From the IMG/VR virus record IMGVR_UViG_2061766007_000330: a stretch of DNA of 64,000 nt; one strand, given 5' to 3'. The position numbers were made by a program, and so were the translations under genes. This DNA comes from a virus. Taxonomy: Duplodnaviria > Caudoviricetes. A model generated the notes under the pieces. That model worked only from the letters and a program-made list of their open reading frames with translations. It was not told the origin of the DNA and searched no databases. Positions 48,149 to 58,791 of this stretch are shown one piece after another; position 1 is the first letter of the stretch; the number at the start of each line of letters is the position of its first letter.

Positions 48149-49182
48149 ACAGGAAGTTTATTAAGTAAGACTTGTTGATTTGCAACTTCATCGGCAAAAT
48201 TGTTTAAACGTGATTTCATATTACCGAGCTTAACGATATTGTTCAACAGCGGGTTCTTGTGACCGCTGCAGAGTCGAAGCATCTGCCAGAGCCAGTATGG
48301 AGGATAATCCAATCCAATGGTCATTTCAGCAGAGTCAATCGTGGACGCCGACATGATTCTGTACAGTCTTCGAGCATCGAAGTCCTTCATTCTGGACGGC
48401 CCGTGTTTCTGAATGCACGTACAAGCGATGGTTGGTGTCATCATGGAATCGCCGTTATTCGGACGACAATCTCTGACCATTTCCAGTCGACCAACAATGT
48501 CAGCAGCCGAACCAAGGAATGAGCATCGCAGAATCAGAGGAGGAATGTCCAGTTTACCATTATCGTCACCAAGACATTGTGCATAGTACGTGGCGAACAT
48601 TGTCTGGACAAAGATTTTCTCTTCCATTGTCAGATTGTAAAGCTGACCAAATGTGTCTGCGATGGACTTTGAATAGAATTCAATCATAAATGTCGAGTAC
48701 TGAGGATGTAACCACATGCCTGGCATGTCATATCCTGTGCAGCATGCGGCACGAACCAGAAGCTCGGCGACTGCCGTTTGGTCGGTGATCATCAGACCAT
48801 TGTATGTACTACTACCTTTACCCAAATATGGCGTTAGGTTAACCCAACACTTTTGAAGAAGTGCCGGAATCGGTGTTGAGGACACAGAGCGACCATTGAT
48901 CGTGACACCATCGATAGTCAGGATAGACGGTGTATCGGTAGCGGTTCTAAAATCAAAGTAAACCGCAATTGATTTGTACTTTTCGCTCGACATTAAAGCT
49001 TGTTGTATCTTCACGATGGGTGAAGATGCATAAATCTTAACGCCTGCAAGATCTTCAGTTTTCTGTTGATCTAGGATAACGGTCGGGGCGTACTTGATGA
49101 GATATTGCGATGCCTGTGGCAACGCTGTCTGAAGACCATGGACTGTGGCATATAACGTGTCCAGTAAAGTTGGTTTAATCAT
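48145..49182 (-). CDS. virion structural protein, phiKZ gp28-like
   Basis: divergent from the sheath gene as in phiKZ-like phages; GLDYPPYW motif. Confidence 0.55.
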   Translation of the reverse strand: MIKPTLLDTLYATVHGLQTALPQASQYLIKYAPTVILDQQKTEDLAGVKIYASSPIVKIQQALMSSEKYKSIAVYFDFRTATDTPSILTIDGVTINGRSVSSTPIPALLQKCWVNLTPYLGKGSSTYNGLMITDQTAVAELLVRAACCTGYDMPGMWLHPQYSTFMIEFYSKSIADTFGQLYNLTMEEKIFVQTMFATYYAQCLGDDNGKLDIPPLILRCSFLGSAADIVGRLEMVRDCRPNNGDSMMTPTIACTCIQKHGPSRMKDFDARRLYRIMSASTIDSAEMTIGLDYPPYWLWQMLRLCSGHKNPLLNNIVKLGNMKSRLNNFADEVANQQVLLNKLPV

Positions 49183-49272
49183 TGAAAACGCTCCAAATTG
49201 TTAATATAATGGACTTTTAAGTGGTTCATAAAATTGCCCAATTTGTATCCAAATGCTGGAGGAAAAACACAT

Positions 49273-51921
49273 ATGTCTAATTCGACACCCCTGTCGTTTC
49301 CGCATTATGAGATAAACGTCAAAGACAACTCTATCTATAATGCGCAGAAAACGGAGATTCTCCCCGTTTGGCGTCCTCTTGTTGTGCTGCGTACCAAGAA
49401 GGGTGTTCCCAACACCCCAACATGGTGTGCAAGCATTAAAGAGTTCAACCGCCTGTTCGGTGCCGAGTCTCTGAATGTCTATTCTGAATACTTTACCCGT
49501 GAATCGTTTGCATTGACCAAGTCTCTGCCGGAAACGGGTGCGTTCATCGTTCGTGCTCTTCCTGAAGATGCAACGTATGGTAACATCGTGCTTGAAGCCG
49601 TTGTGACGCCTGCGGATATTCCTCAGTATGAGCGTGACGCTGAAACTGGTAACTATGTCTACTTCCGTGACAACAACTACAACTACGCCCGTAAGCCGAT
49701 GATGCCTTACGAGGACATTGCTGATTTGTTTGACGGAGCAAGCGATGTCAACACCACGACGGGTGTTGTTAATGCTTTCACAGGTGACTTCGAGAACCTT
49801 GGACTTTCCATCGACTCTTACACCAAAGAACCCATTGACTACAACATTTACGATGGTGACAACTTCTATTTCGAAGGTCTCAAGACGGTCGATCCGAACA
49901 CGGGTCTTGAAGTCTATATCACTCTGTTCAAGCCTGCTGGTGCTACCAACTGGATGTATGTTGAACAGGTGAAGGAAGCTGGTCTTCTGATTACCTATCG
50001 TCGTCGTATTGCGAATCCTGGCGAAGACCTCACCAAGCTGAATATCATCAAGCCGAGTGGTCAGGCAACGTCATGGATTTTCCCGATTCTGTCGGCGACG
50101 GCTCTGTATCCTGGTCAGTATGGCAACGAACTCGCGTTCTGCTTGAGCTATCCTGCGAACGATATTCGTAACAGCGCTAGCAACATCGAGTACTTCGAAT
50201 CCGCGTTCTACAACATTTCGTTTGTTGAGCACGATTCGACGACGGATTCGCTTGACTATGTTTACAACAAGCAGGGTCGTACGGGCAATCTGTTCTCCGC
50301 TAATCCATACGCTATCGACAAGAACCTTGCCAAGCGCCTGAATGGTGTGACGGTTGGTCAGATGACGCTCGGATTTGAGAACACCCTGAACGCCGCATAC
50401 GATTCCGACGAGAACGTTCTTCCCATGGATGTGACGTTCTATCATGAGTCTGTTTGTGCTCTCGGTAACCTCATTGCCTCGTTTGAATACGACAGCGAAA
50501 ACGCCGATGCCAACGACTATGCTTCGATGGTTCTTGGTTTCCAGTATGATGACGACTTCAATCCTGCTGACATCAAGGCAGCGTTTGAATCCGCGTCGCT
50601 TGCAGATCTCCTTGCGTCGAAGTTCGGTTACAAGATCAATGTTCTGTCTTGCGAGAATCCTCTCCAGCAGAAATATGCGCACACGGCGATTCTGACGGCG
50701 GATACAACGTCTTCGACTCCTGGCCTTGTCAATGTCAATCTGTTTGGTACGTCTGAAGGTCGTTGGCAGCTGTCCGATGGCACTCAGTTTGTTGATGTTG
50801 CCGATCCCAAGGGTGGCGTTCTGAACGTCGGTGACCTTTTCATCGAACCCGTTACGCCAGTGGCTGATTACTGGGTGTTCCTTGTTAACGGTCACGATTC
50901 TCTCAATGGCATCGCAACGCCTCAGGGCAAAGACATGCGTGTTAACGCGGAAGGCTGGGACTATGTCATTCAGCAGACGTGGAACGACCTGCTTGGCGCT
51001 CGCCTTAAGGGGTTGACCAACACGGTCTATGACAAGTTCCGCTATCCGTTCACTCATATCTACGACTTCGGCTACAGCATCAATACGAAGTTGAACATGG
51101 TTGATTTCATCAACAACGTTCGTGACGATGTTGGTGTGTCACTGTCGACTCAGGAATTCCTGAACGAAAAGGCGTCGCAGAAGCGTGATCTTGTTGCCAA
51201 CGCACAGGAAATGGATGAAGCCAACGGCGAAATGATGCGTGCCTATGCGCTGCTCTTCAAGGAGAGCATTCTGTATGGTACGGACGCTTGCCGTGTGACG
51301 ATTTTCCCGCATGTCGCTTACCCGATTGAGGCTGGATTCCGTCACTACATGCCTGTGACTTATTGGGATTTCGTAACACATGCGAAGCTTGGTCGTATGT
51401 CCTATATGGACGCGCTGACTCCGTTTGGTACGGATCATACGAACATGGACGACTTCTTCGAGACGAAGTCCTTTAACTGGACGAACTACATGTATGGCGA
51501 TCGTCAGCGTGTTTGGGAAGCCGGCTTGAACTATGTGATGTACGGCTCACAGAAGTCCGTATTTATTCCTGGTCTTCGTACCGTGTATCAGGCTGAAACG
51601 TCTGTTCTTATCGGACAGTACCTCGTTGACGCCGTTATCTACACGAAGCACGAGATTCGCAAGGTCTGGGCACACTGGACTGGTACGGACATGCCTGCAG
51701 CGTCGGTTGACGATAACGTCAAGAACGAACTCGAAACCCGCCTGCGTGGTCTCTACAACGGCAAGTACGTTGTCAGCGTTGATGTCTATCGTACCGAAGA
51801 AGACACCAAGCTTGGCTATGTCAATCACGTTCGCGTGAACCTGACGGCTCCTGGTATGTGGCGTGTGATGCTTTGCGATGTCGAGTGCAATCGCGAAGGC
51901 TTTACTCCAGAAGAAAACTAA
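49273..51921 (+). CDS. tail sheath protein (phiKZ gp29-like)
   Basis: start moved to ATG 49273 (GGAGG RBS); RYPFTHIYDFGYS..TK, ESILYGT..CR, PGLRTVY..ETSVL; followed by the tube gene. Confidence 0.85.
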   Translation: MSNSTPLSFPHYEINVKDNSIYNAQKTEILPVWRPLVVLRTKKGVPNTPTWCASIKEFNRLFGAESLNVYSEYFTRESFALTKSLPETGAFIVRALPEDATYGNIVLEAVVTPADIPQYERDAETGNYVYFRDNNYNYARKPMMPYEDIADLFDGASDVNTTTGVVNAFTGDFENLGLSIDSYTKEPIDYNIYDGDNFYFEGLKTVDPNTGLEVYITLFKPAGATNWMYVEQVKEAGLLITYRRRIANPGEDLTKLNIIKPSGQATSWIFPILSATALYPGQYGNELAFCLSYPANDIRNSASNIEYFESAFYNISFVEHDSTTDSLDYVYNKQGRTGNLFSANPYAIDKNLAKRLNGVTVGQMTLGFENTLNAAYDSDENVLPMDVTFYHESVCALGNLIASFEYDSENADANDYASMVLGFQYDDDFNPADIKAAFESASLADLLASKFGYKINVLSCENPLQQKYAHTAILTADTTSSTPGLVNVNLFGTSEGRWQLSDGTQFVDVADPKGGVLNVGDLFIEPVTPVADYWVFLVNGHDSLNGIATPQGKDMRVNAEGWDYVIQQTWNDLLGARLKGLTNTVYDKFRYPFTHIYDFGYSINTKLNMVDFINNVRDDVGVSLSTQEFLNEKASQKRDLVANAQEMDEANGEMMRAYALLFKESILYGTDACRVTIFPHVAYPIEAGFRHYMPVTYWDFVTHAKLGRMSYMDALTPFGTDHTNMDDFFETKSFNWTNYMYGDRQRVWEAGLNYVMYGSQKSVFIPGLRTVYQAETSVLIGQYLVDAVIYTKHEIRKVWAHWTGTDMPAASVDDNVKNELETRLRGLYNGKYVVSVDVYRTEEDTKLGYVNHVRVNLTAPGMWRVMLCDVECNREGFTPEEN

Positions 51922-51934
51922 GGAGGGCTAACTA

Positions 51935-52957
51935 ATGGCTGATAATTTTCTTAACAACTTTTTCAAAGTCACTAACGACGATAAAATCGCGCAATTAAAT
52001 CTTGGCATCACCCAGAAAGGTGTTATTCCAGTAGTTCATGACGACAAATTCAATCCGAACTTCCAGCTTGGCGTTGGTGTTAACGCTCCTGTTCTGGATG
52101 TCAGCACTCCTTTGGTTCTTCCGCCGACTGTCTGTGTGATTCTCACGATTCCTCAGATGTATATGAACGGAAGCGAGCCAACCGAGTTCGGTATTTTCCT
52201 GAAGGAACTCATGGAGTCCCATGCGAAATCTGTGTCGGGTCTTGATTTCAATTACTCACTGGATAGCGCAGGTGAAACTCCTGTTGGTCACGACAGCCAG
52301 AACATGTCCGTTCCTGGTAAGACGAAGCGCTCGTCTGCTCAGCCGAGCTTTACGTTCCAGGAACTCCAGGGCAATCTGATTCACAATGCGTTCTTGAAGT
52401 GGATCACGGACATCAGTCCCGCAGACCACTATGCGTCCATGGCTTCTGTTAACTTCCCTGGTGCCTGGTGTATGTCCGCATACTCCATGTCCATGGTCGC
52501 GATTCAGTTTGACCCGACGATGCTTCCGGATCGTATCGTGGATGCTGCGTTCTATTCGAACATGTGGCCCCAGGGCACTGGTGGTGATGTTGGTTTTGAG
52601 CGCCAGATTGGTTCGATGAGGTTCCCCGAGCGTTCCATTACGTTCAGCTCGATCGTTCATCACAATCCGTATACGAAGCTTCTGGGCATGGAAATTGCTC
52701 GTCAGCTGAAGCTCCATACGGTCGACTATAACGTCGCTCCTCCGTTTACTTCCGGTGTGCATACTGGGTTTGGTGATAAGGGTATTATGGCCGAAAGTAA
52801 TCTCCGCTCCTTTATGGGTAGTGGAAATTGGCGCGAACTTGCTACTAAAGCATGTGGTGACGAGGAGACCGTGGGTCTTGCAGAAGGTCCTGCGGGTAAT
52901 ATGGCAAGTAAATACGCCGAACAAGTCGAAAAGAATACAGCCGAGTCTAAGTTTTAA
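51935..52957 (+). CDS. tail tube protein (phiKZ gp30-like)
   Basis: LKELMESHAKSV.GL, P.FTF.EL.GN, DPT......A....NMWP...G; directly follows the sheath gene. Confidence 0.85.
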   Translation: MADNFLNNFFKVTNDDKIAQLNLGITQKGVIPVVHDDKFNPNFQLGVGVNAPVLDVSTPLVLPPTVCVILTIPQMYMNGSEPTEFGIFLKELMESHAKSVSGLDFNYSLDSAGETPVGHDSQNMSVPGKTKRSSAQPSFTFQELQGNLIHNAFLKWITDISPADHYASMASVNFPGAWCMSAYSMSMVAIQFDPTMLPDRIVDAAFYSNMWPQGTGGDVGFERQIGSMRFPERSITFSSIVHHNPYTKLLGMEIARQLKLHTVDYNVAPPFTSGVHTGFGDKGIMAESNLRSFMGSGNWRELATKACGDEETVGLAEGPAGNMASKYAEQVEKNTAESKF

Positions 52958-52976
52958 CGATAATTGAAATATCAAT

Positions 52977-53006
52977 AGAGGGGGAGGACATCAGTCCTCC
53001 CCCTCT
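52977..53006. terminator. terminator between tube and portal genes
   Basis: 13-bp stem AGAGGGGGAGGAC. Confidence 0.8.
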
Positions 53007-53018
53007 GTATACGTTATG

Positions 53019-56000
53019 TTACATCTGGAAATCCGGAGGTGTTTCTTCGCCGTTGGCATCCATGCTTCCGCCATTGTCGGAACTCAAGGACATGCCACCG
53101 CCTAAGTCACCACCCATTCCTCCGCCCATGTCACTACCAAATCCTCCACCAAATCCGCCCCCGCTACCGAAAGCGTCATTCTGATTACCATTAGCAACCT
53201 TGTCACCAATGTGTTGCTTAATGTCATCCATGCCTTTCTTGTGGTTGATAAGCGAGATCAGCAAGCTCTTGATTTCGCTGGTGCTAATATCTTCAATCTT
53301 TGGTAGTTCATAGTTGGACTGGAATCCAATTCGTTTAATGAAGTCTTCTGCGATTTTGTGTTTGATTTCAGCACGTATCATTGAAAGAACCTGCTGATAA
53401 TCCGACTGGCCGCCTAACAAATCATCAGAATACAACGTTTGAGTAATTTGATCAATCGTGTTCAAATACTCATTGATGTGTTCATAATGGACTTTGTCGA
53501 CGATGATTCGTGGTGGTGGTAATTTCAGATGTGCGTTATTGATAATCTTACGAAGTTTTACACGGCGACTGTCTTTGTTGCGCTTAATTTCTTCTTTAGA
53601 TTCAGGCGCTTTTGTGCGGTCTTTGTTATACTCTTTGTACTTTTCTTTCTTGTCGTTTTTGTCTTTCTCATCTTTGTCTTCGGTCAGTGATTCCGCTTTG
53701 TCATCTGAAGAATCCTTCAGCGATGATGGATCGGGTGCTTCGGTGTCATCTCCGCCTTCGTCTGCTGGAGCGTCTCCTTCGTTGAAGTCTGGTGGATCGT
53801 CGTCATCGCCTCCCTTATCATCAGACTTAGGAGTATCATCAAAATCAGGAGGATTATCATTTTCGTTTTCGTCCTCTTCGTTGTTCTCCGTGTCCGGAGA
53901 ATCGTCGTCTGTCTTTGACTCTGCCTCGAAATCCGGTGGATCATCGGCATCATCTTTCTTTTTCTTTTTTGGGCGATCTTCATCGTCATCATCCATGTTA
54001 AAATTCGGAGGTTCGTCGTCAGCTTCCATAGAAGGATACAGAATATCCTTGAAATCCTTTCGCTGAGACAATCCTTCAGAAGACTTGATTTTTGCGTCTT
54101 CTTTTTTGATTTGCTTTTCTGTTTCGTCCGATTCGTCCAGAATTTGACTGAGACGTTCAATCAACATCGGCGAGTAGCGAATGTATAATTGAATGAACTT
54201 ATCCGAAACACGTTGAACAACACGTTGTTTTCCTTTGATGTTGTTGTTGAAGTAAAGGTTCGTTGATGCAACTGTTGTCGCATACTCTTCTTCACTTGTT
54301 TTGTTTAACGCAGATGCAGGAACTTCAGTGTATTGAATTCCCATTTGGGTGAGTTTCTCTAACAGCTCGCTGTTGGGATCAATAGTTCCATTGGAACGAT
54401 TGTCTGTTTCAATGGAAAAACTATCCTCAGTACCAGGCAATCCTTTTGGAATAATCGTCAATGAACGACTAAGCAAGTCCTTCTGTATGGTGTGTGGATT
54501 ATTGTCCCACCGCATCATTCGCTTTTCAATAAATGCGTTTCGAATTTGATCCAAGAACTGCAACGCATTGGCGTTCTTAGGATCGACGTTTACAGAAATC
54601 GTACGCTGGTTAATGGAGTTTTCTGCACCCGCCATCACCTGTGCAACCATCAGTGTGTTTCGAAGAGCAAAGATTTCACGAGCATCTTCCAGTAATGATT
54701 TGCCAGTACCGTCATCATGATAGTCGAATGCATAATAGACCATCATGGCTGCAGGGACAAATACGATACCACAGCGTTTTTTCATCAAAAGATGCCTAAA
54801 AATAGCTGAAGAAAATGCTTCGTGTTGTTCGATTTTTGAGCCACCCAGTCCATACTCTTCCAGTTTGTGTTCCATTAGGTTTCTAAGCATAACAGAGAAC
54901 ACCTGCATGGTCATTTCAAACCGCTGTGTGTCGTTCGCTGATGAGTGGTTGAACAGCGCCGCTGCGTTGTACCCAAAGGTTGCCTGCATCGTCGCTTCCG
55001 TCAGTTTACGAGGACCGTTTGTTGGACTGTAATCCTGAGTATTGTCAGTTAACGGAGCACCCCATTTATCAACCAAAATAAAATACCCGATGTGATGTTG
55101 AGAATCACCAGGAATGGCGATAGGAACAACACAATGCGATGGAATGGTGACCACCGTCGCCGTGGTGTTCTCTTCTTCAGAATCTGGGTCTGAGTTTACC
55201 ATGTAAACAGGATTCAGTCTATCCTTAAACAGGAAATTGTTTTCAATCTGTTTCCAGATATTCTCGGATTTATCGGAGATTCTGTCTTTTGATTTTTTGA
55301 TGATGCTTGGATCTGCCGTAAAATACACATGATGTGTGTTATCCGACAGTAGCTTGTGAATGCTCTCGGTCAAATCTTTTGTGAAATTATTCACCTTGCT
55401 ACGGTCTCTCATAGACTCAGATTTTGTAATATCACCGTCGACTAATCCGTTGAACTTATTGAATATTTCTTCGGATAATTGAGAGAATTCGTATGACTCG
55501 GTAAATGCTTCATTGGAATAACCGGAAGATTTTAACAGCGGTTCAACATTTGACACACCTTCCAGATTTTCACCGGCATAGATTTTATCAATGCCTGGTT
55601 TGACGTCTCTGGTCCGTTCGGTTGGCTTGATAATTTCTTTCTTCGGGTCTCTACCGTTCATGTACATGTCGGCATCAACGGCTTTGTTAAGAATGTTGAT
55701 GTTTGACTGTGGTAGAATCAAGAGGCAGGTTGCACCCGTACCATAGAGAGAATTCTTCAACCAATCATACAGTTTTGAACCAAGATTGTAGTCGTTATTA
55801 AAGAAATCGGTGAGCTCGTTGGATAGCTTCTGCTCAAGGTCATCACCCAATCCGGTATTTTCTACTGTGATGCTTACAGCTTCTGTCTGTAAGTCGTTCG
55901 GCGACATAATGGATGAGATCATGATTTGTTCGGCTTGCTGAACTTCAGGAGCCAGTAGTCGAAGACACTTTGCTTCTCTAGCCCACGATTCGCTGGCTTG

Positions 56001-56399
56001 TGCGACATTCTGAGAGTAACCAAGAATATCGACATTCAATCCTGACATGGCACGTTCTGCTTCAGACCGTGTAAACGCAGGAAGATGCCGTAACTCCCGA
56101 TAGGTATATTGGGACAGATTAACGTCTTTCTGTTCTTTGAGTTGCGGAATGTCTCCAGGGAATGACACACCAATAAGACGCAAAATACGTTTCAGTGTCC
56201 GAACGTAAAACGGACCAGAATCTTGTATTTTTGCTTTATCCTCGGGTGTTCCTGTACCACCTCCCATTCCTGCGGACATATCCATTCCACCACCCATATC
56301 TGATTGTCCAGATGCTTGGGCGCTGAAATCTGGAGGTGGTGTGTCGGCACCACTGTCTGTTCCCGACGACAGCATAGGATCATTGTTTTCTTCTGACAT
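53019..56399 (-). CDS. portal protein (phiKZ gp129-like) with acidic low-complexity insert
   Basis: PEV.QA..I.ISSI.SPND, HIGYFIL.D..G.P, YYAFDY...GTGKSLL. Confidence 0.8.
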   Translation of the reverse strand: MSEENNDPMLSSGTDSGADTPPPDFSAQASGQSDMGGGMDMSAGMGGGTGTPEDKAKIQDSGPFYVRTLKRILRLIGVSFPGDIPQLKEQKDVNLSQYTYRELRHLPAFTRSEAERAMSGLNVDILGYSQNVAQASESWAREAKCLRLLAPEVQQAEQIMISSIMSPNDLQTEAVSITVENTGLGDDLEQKLSNELTDFFNNDYNLGSKLYDWLKNSLYGTGATCLLILPQSNINILNKAVDADMYMNGRDPKKEIIKPTERTRDVKPGIDKIYAGENLEGVSNVEPLLKSSGYSNEAFTESYEFSQLSEEIFNKFNGLVDGDITKSESMRDRSKVNNFTKDLTESIHKLLSDNTHHVYFTADPSIIKKSKDRISDKSENIWKQIENNFLFKDRLNPVYMVNSDPDSEEENTTATVVTIPSHCVVPIAIPGDSQHHIGYFILVDKWGAPLTDNTQDYSPTNGPRKLTEATMQATFGYNAAALFNHSSANDTQRFEMTMQVFSVMLRNLMEHKLEEYGLGGSKIEQHEAFSSAIFRHLLMKKRCGIVFVPAAMMVYYAFDYHDDGTGKSLLEDAREIFALRNTLMVAQVMAGAENSINQRTISVNVDPKNANALQFLDQIRNAFIEKRMMRWDNNPHTIQKDLLSRSLTIIPKGLPGTEDSFSIETDNRSNGTIDPNSELLEKLTQMGIQYTEVPASALNKTSEEEYATTVASTNLYFNNNIKGKQRVVQRVSDKFIQLYIRYSPMLIERLSQILDESDETEKQIKKEDAKIKSSEGLSQRKDFKDILYPSMEADDEPPNFNMDDDDEDRPKKKKKDDADDPPDFEAESKTDDDSPDTENNEEDENENDNPPDFDDTPKSDDKGGDDDDPPDFNEGDAPADEGGDDTEAPDPSSLKDSSDDKAESLTEDKDEKDKNDKKEKYKEYNKDRTKAPESKEEIKRNKDSRRVKLRKIINNAHLKLPPPRIIVDKVHYEHINEYLNTIDQITQTLYSDDLLGGQSDYQQVLSMIRAEIKHKIAEDFIKRIGFQSNYELPKIEDISTSEIKSLLISLINHKKGMDDIKQHIGDKVANGNQNDAFGSGGGFGGGFGSDMGGGMGGDLGGGMSLSSDNGGSMDANGEETPPDFQM

Positions 56400-56482
56400 A
56401 GAAATTTTCCTTACTAAATAAGTTAGTCTGGCATTTTATAACAACTTTCAGGTATATCTCTGACAAGGAGACTTATATCACC

Positions 56483-58777
56483 ATGCTTGATGACAAACAC
56501 TATGTGAAAGAGATAATTGATTTCCTAAGAACGTGTACAATATTTAACACGTTCTTGGCTCGGCAGATGCTGGTTAACTGGCTTCGCACAGAATATATCA
56601 GCACTCTAAAACCGTATATGCATCCGTATTATCGAAATCTTAAAGGAGACTATATCCTTAAGGATCTGTCTGTTCTTGAGAAAGAATACGGCATTTATAA
56701 AAACGAATTGAACCAAGCCAAATACGAAGAGCTACTTAGAAAGTATCGTATCAACGAATTGGCTAAAGAATATGGTTTAACAACAACAACGCGTTTTGGA
56801 TCCTACGAGATGCCAAACGCGAAGATTTATATGCGTTTCAATACGCCTATAATGGTGAGGTCTTACGACAAAAACACAGACCATAAGATTCCACTGACAC
56901 GAGCAGTGGTTGAAAGCGGAAAGTACCCAAGAACTATTGCGGCTTATAGGATACCAAACGAGGGTTATTATCAACTGTGTGCGGAATACCCAAACAACGT
57001 TGACATGATCAAAGCAGTTCTGTATCCGATTAAAGAAGACTATGACGATCTTGAAAACTGTAAGAATCTTCAGTTTCTAAATTGTGACATGAATCTGCTG
57101 GAAGAACAGGAACGTAATTCTTTCCAACAGACAATCTCAGAAACACTGGAATACATTCTAGACAGGTGGACAATTAAAGAATTCACGTTCGAAGATTTGT
57201 ACAGCTGTGCTCATCAGAATCTCGTTTGGCTACACTTGTTCATGGCGTTGTTCTATTGCAGAATCAACAACATTCGAACACACTCGGCACATTCTTATCA
57301 TGTTTCTGCGTATTTGAAGTCTCATGGTCTGGACGATTATTCAAGTGTATTAACGACAAAGCAAATGATGTTTCTCTACAGGAACATTGATTATATCAAC
57401 AAAATTAAAGGTACCGCACGAGCATTTGACATTCTTAACTGGGGGTTGTTCCATGAGAACGGCATGAGAATGACAAACAAAATGCTGGTACAGGATATTG
57501 TCAATGTTGTCTCCGACTGCAAAACTTCTCCTTATGTCGTTGCATCCGATGTCGGAAAAGAAATGTTTGAAGCATTGCAACAACATCCTGACGCGTCTTA
57601 CATGGAGAAAATTGAAATCGTAGATCGCACAGCTGGTGTCGAAAGTGACAATACTGTTTCTGAGGTCGACAACGGTTCTATCGAATCGTTAGCAAATTTG
57701 TATGAAAAGGAACGGACAGCGAAACTTGAATACCAGGAAGAAGGAATGTTTAGAAAATCCACTGGTATTCAGACAAAGAAGTTCGAGTATATGCCACGGA
57801 CATGGGTTCGTACAAAACTTATTGAAATTGCTACACGACACGGATTGTCACCAGAAGAATATTGGGGATTGATCTATCTGACGAACGCTACGTTCTACAG
57901 GGCATCGCTGGACGGATTGAAATTCAATGTGACAATTTCACCTCCTGATACATCGTATTCCGAAACGATTACAGCTAATGAAGCAATTGCGTTGGCGTTG
58001 TATTGTGTTCAGAGAATCTACGGAATGACACCCAGTGAGAAGCCAATAGACAGGGCGCGTCTTGCGTTTGCTTATTGTGCAGAAGATCGTAAAATACCAA
58101 AGACATTTACATGTGCGACAAATCGATGGCTGTCTGAGTTTTTCCTAACAGAATACGGAAAGACATCGTGGCCGCATCATTCCGAAGAGTTCTACACATC
58201 CGATAGTTGGTCATTGGCGGCAGACAACGAAGTCTGTCACTTTGTGAAAGTCTATCAGGAATGCAAAGATTCTGGAGCGGCGTATCAAACAGACTTAGCG
58301 AGTTACATTGATTCGACGCATTGCATCGATGGTGTGTATCCGTTGGATTTATTGGAAGGCAATACATACGAGCAATTCTTCAACAAAAATCAGTTTCTGC
58401 AATTGACAATTATCGCTTATGAATCATATCCTGAGAAAACTATTGCTCGGTATGAAAAGTTGTTATCGGAAATAGTTCATGCACTGTTCCCGAAGATGAC
58501 ATTCCTGGCGTCGATTCTAGACGGCAATTTGGATGAACGCAGGAAAAAAATAAAAGAGCTTCTAATTTCTCTTTGCAGTTACAATATCGCCTTTATCGAG
58601 TCTCCATTCTCCAGTGGATTCGTTGGAACATTATCCAATGGTACGGTGACGGTTTCGAAGCGTATTATCAAACGTCGAATGATTATCGACATCGACACAG
58701 TAGACATTCGTACAATACGGACGTATGGTCACGAAGTACTGGTTACGGAAGCGCCTTATCACATTAACACTTATTAA
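56483..58777 (+). CDS. virion structural protein, phiKZ gp128-like
   Basis: divergent from the portal gene; YY.NL.G.Y, AHSYH...YL.SHG, Q.MFLYRNI.Y, LCSYNI.F. Confidence 0.65.
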   Translation: MLDDKHYVKEIIDFLRTCTIFNTFLARQMLVNWLRTEYISTLKPYMHPYYRNLKGDYILKDLSVLEKEYGIYKNELNQAKYEELLRKYRINELAKEYGLTTTTRFGSYEMPNAKIYMRFNTPIMVRSYDKNTDHKIPLTRAVVESGKYPRTIAAYRIPNEGYYQLCAEYPNNVDMIKAVLYPIKEDYDDLENCKNLQFLNCDMNLLEEQERNSFQQTISETLEYILDRWTIKEFTFEDLYSCAHQNLVWLHLFMALFYCRINNIRTHSAHSYHVSAYLKSHGLDDYSSVLTTKQMMFLYRNIDYINKIKGTARAFDILNWGLFHENGMRMTNKMLVQDIVNVVSDCKTSPYVVASDVGKEMFEALQQHPDASYMEKIEIVDRTAGVESDNTVSEVDNGSIESLANLYEKERTAKLEYQEEGMFRKSTGIQTKKFEYMPRTWVRTKLIEIATRHGLSPEEYWGLIYLTNATFYRASLDGLKFNVTISPPDTSYSETITANEAIALALYCVQRIYGMTPSEKPIDRARLAFAYCAEDRKIPKTFTCATNRWLSEFFLTEYGKTSWPHHSEEFYTSDSWSLAADNEVCHFVKVYQECKDSGAAYQTDLASYIDSTHCIDGVYPLDLLEGNTYEQFFNKNQFLQLTIIAYESYPEKTIARYEKLLSEIVHALFPKMTFLASILDGNLDERRKKIKELLISLCSYNIAFIESPFSSGFVGTLSNGTVTVSKRIIKRRMIIDIDTVDIRTIRTYGHEVLVTEAPYHINTY

Positions 58778-58791
58778 ATAAAAGGACAATC

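Noticed and set aside
50071-51057. Long antisense ORFs (also 1056-1799, 9587-10177, 10223-10864, 19046-19819, 52256-52975)
   Set aside because: They are shadows of codon-biased sense genes, with no RBS or recognisable motifs
53494-54160. Ser-rich and Met/Lys-rich ORFs within the portal gene
   Set aside because: They are frame artefacts of the acidic low-complexity insert
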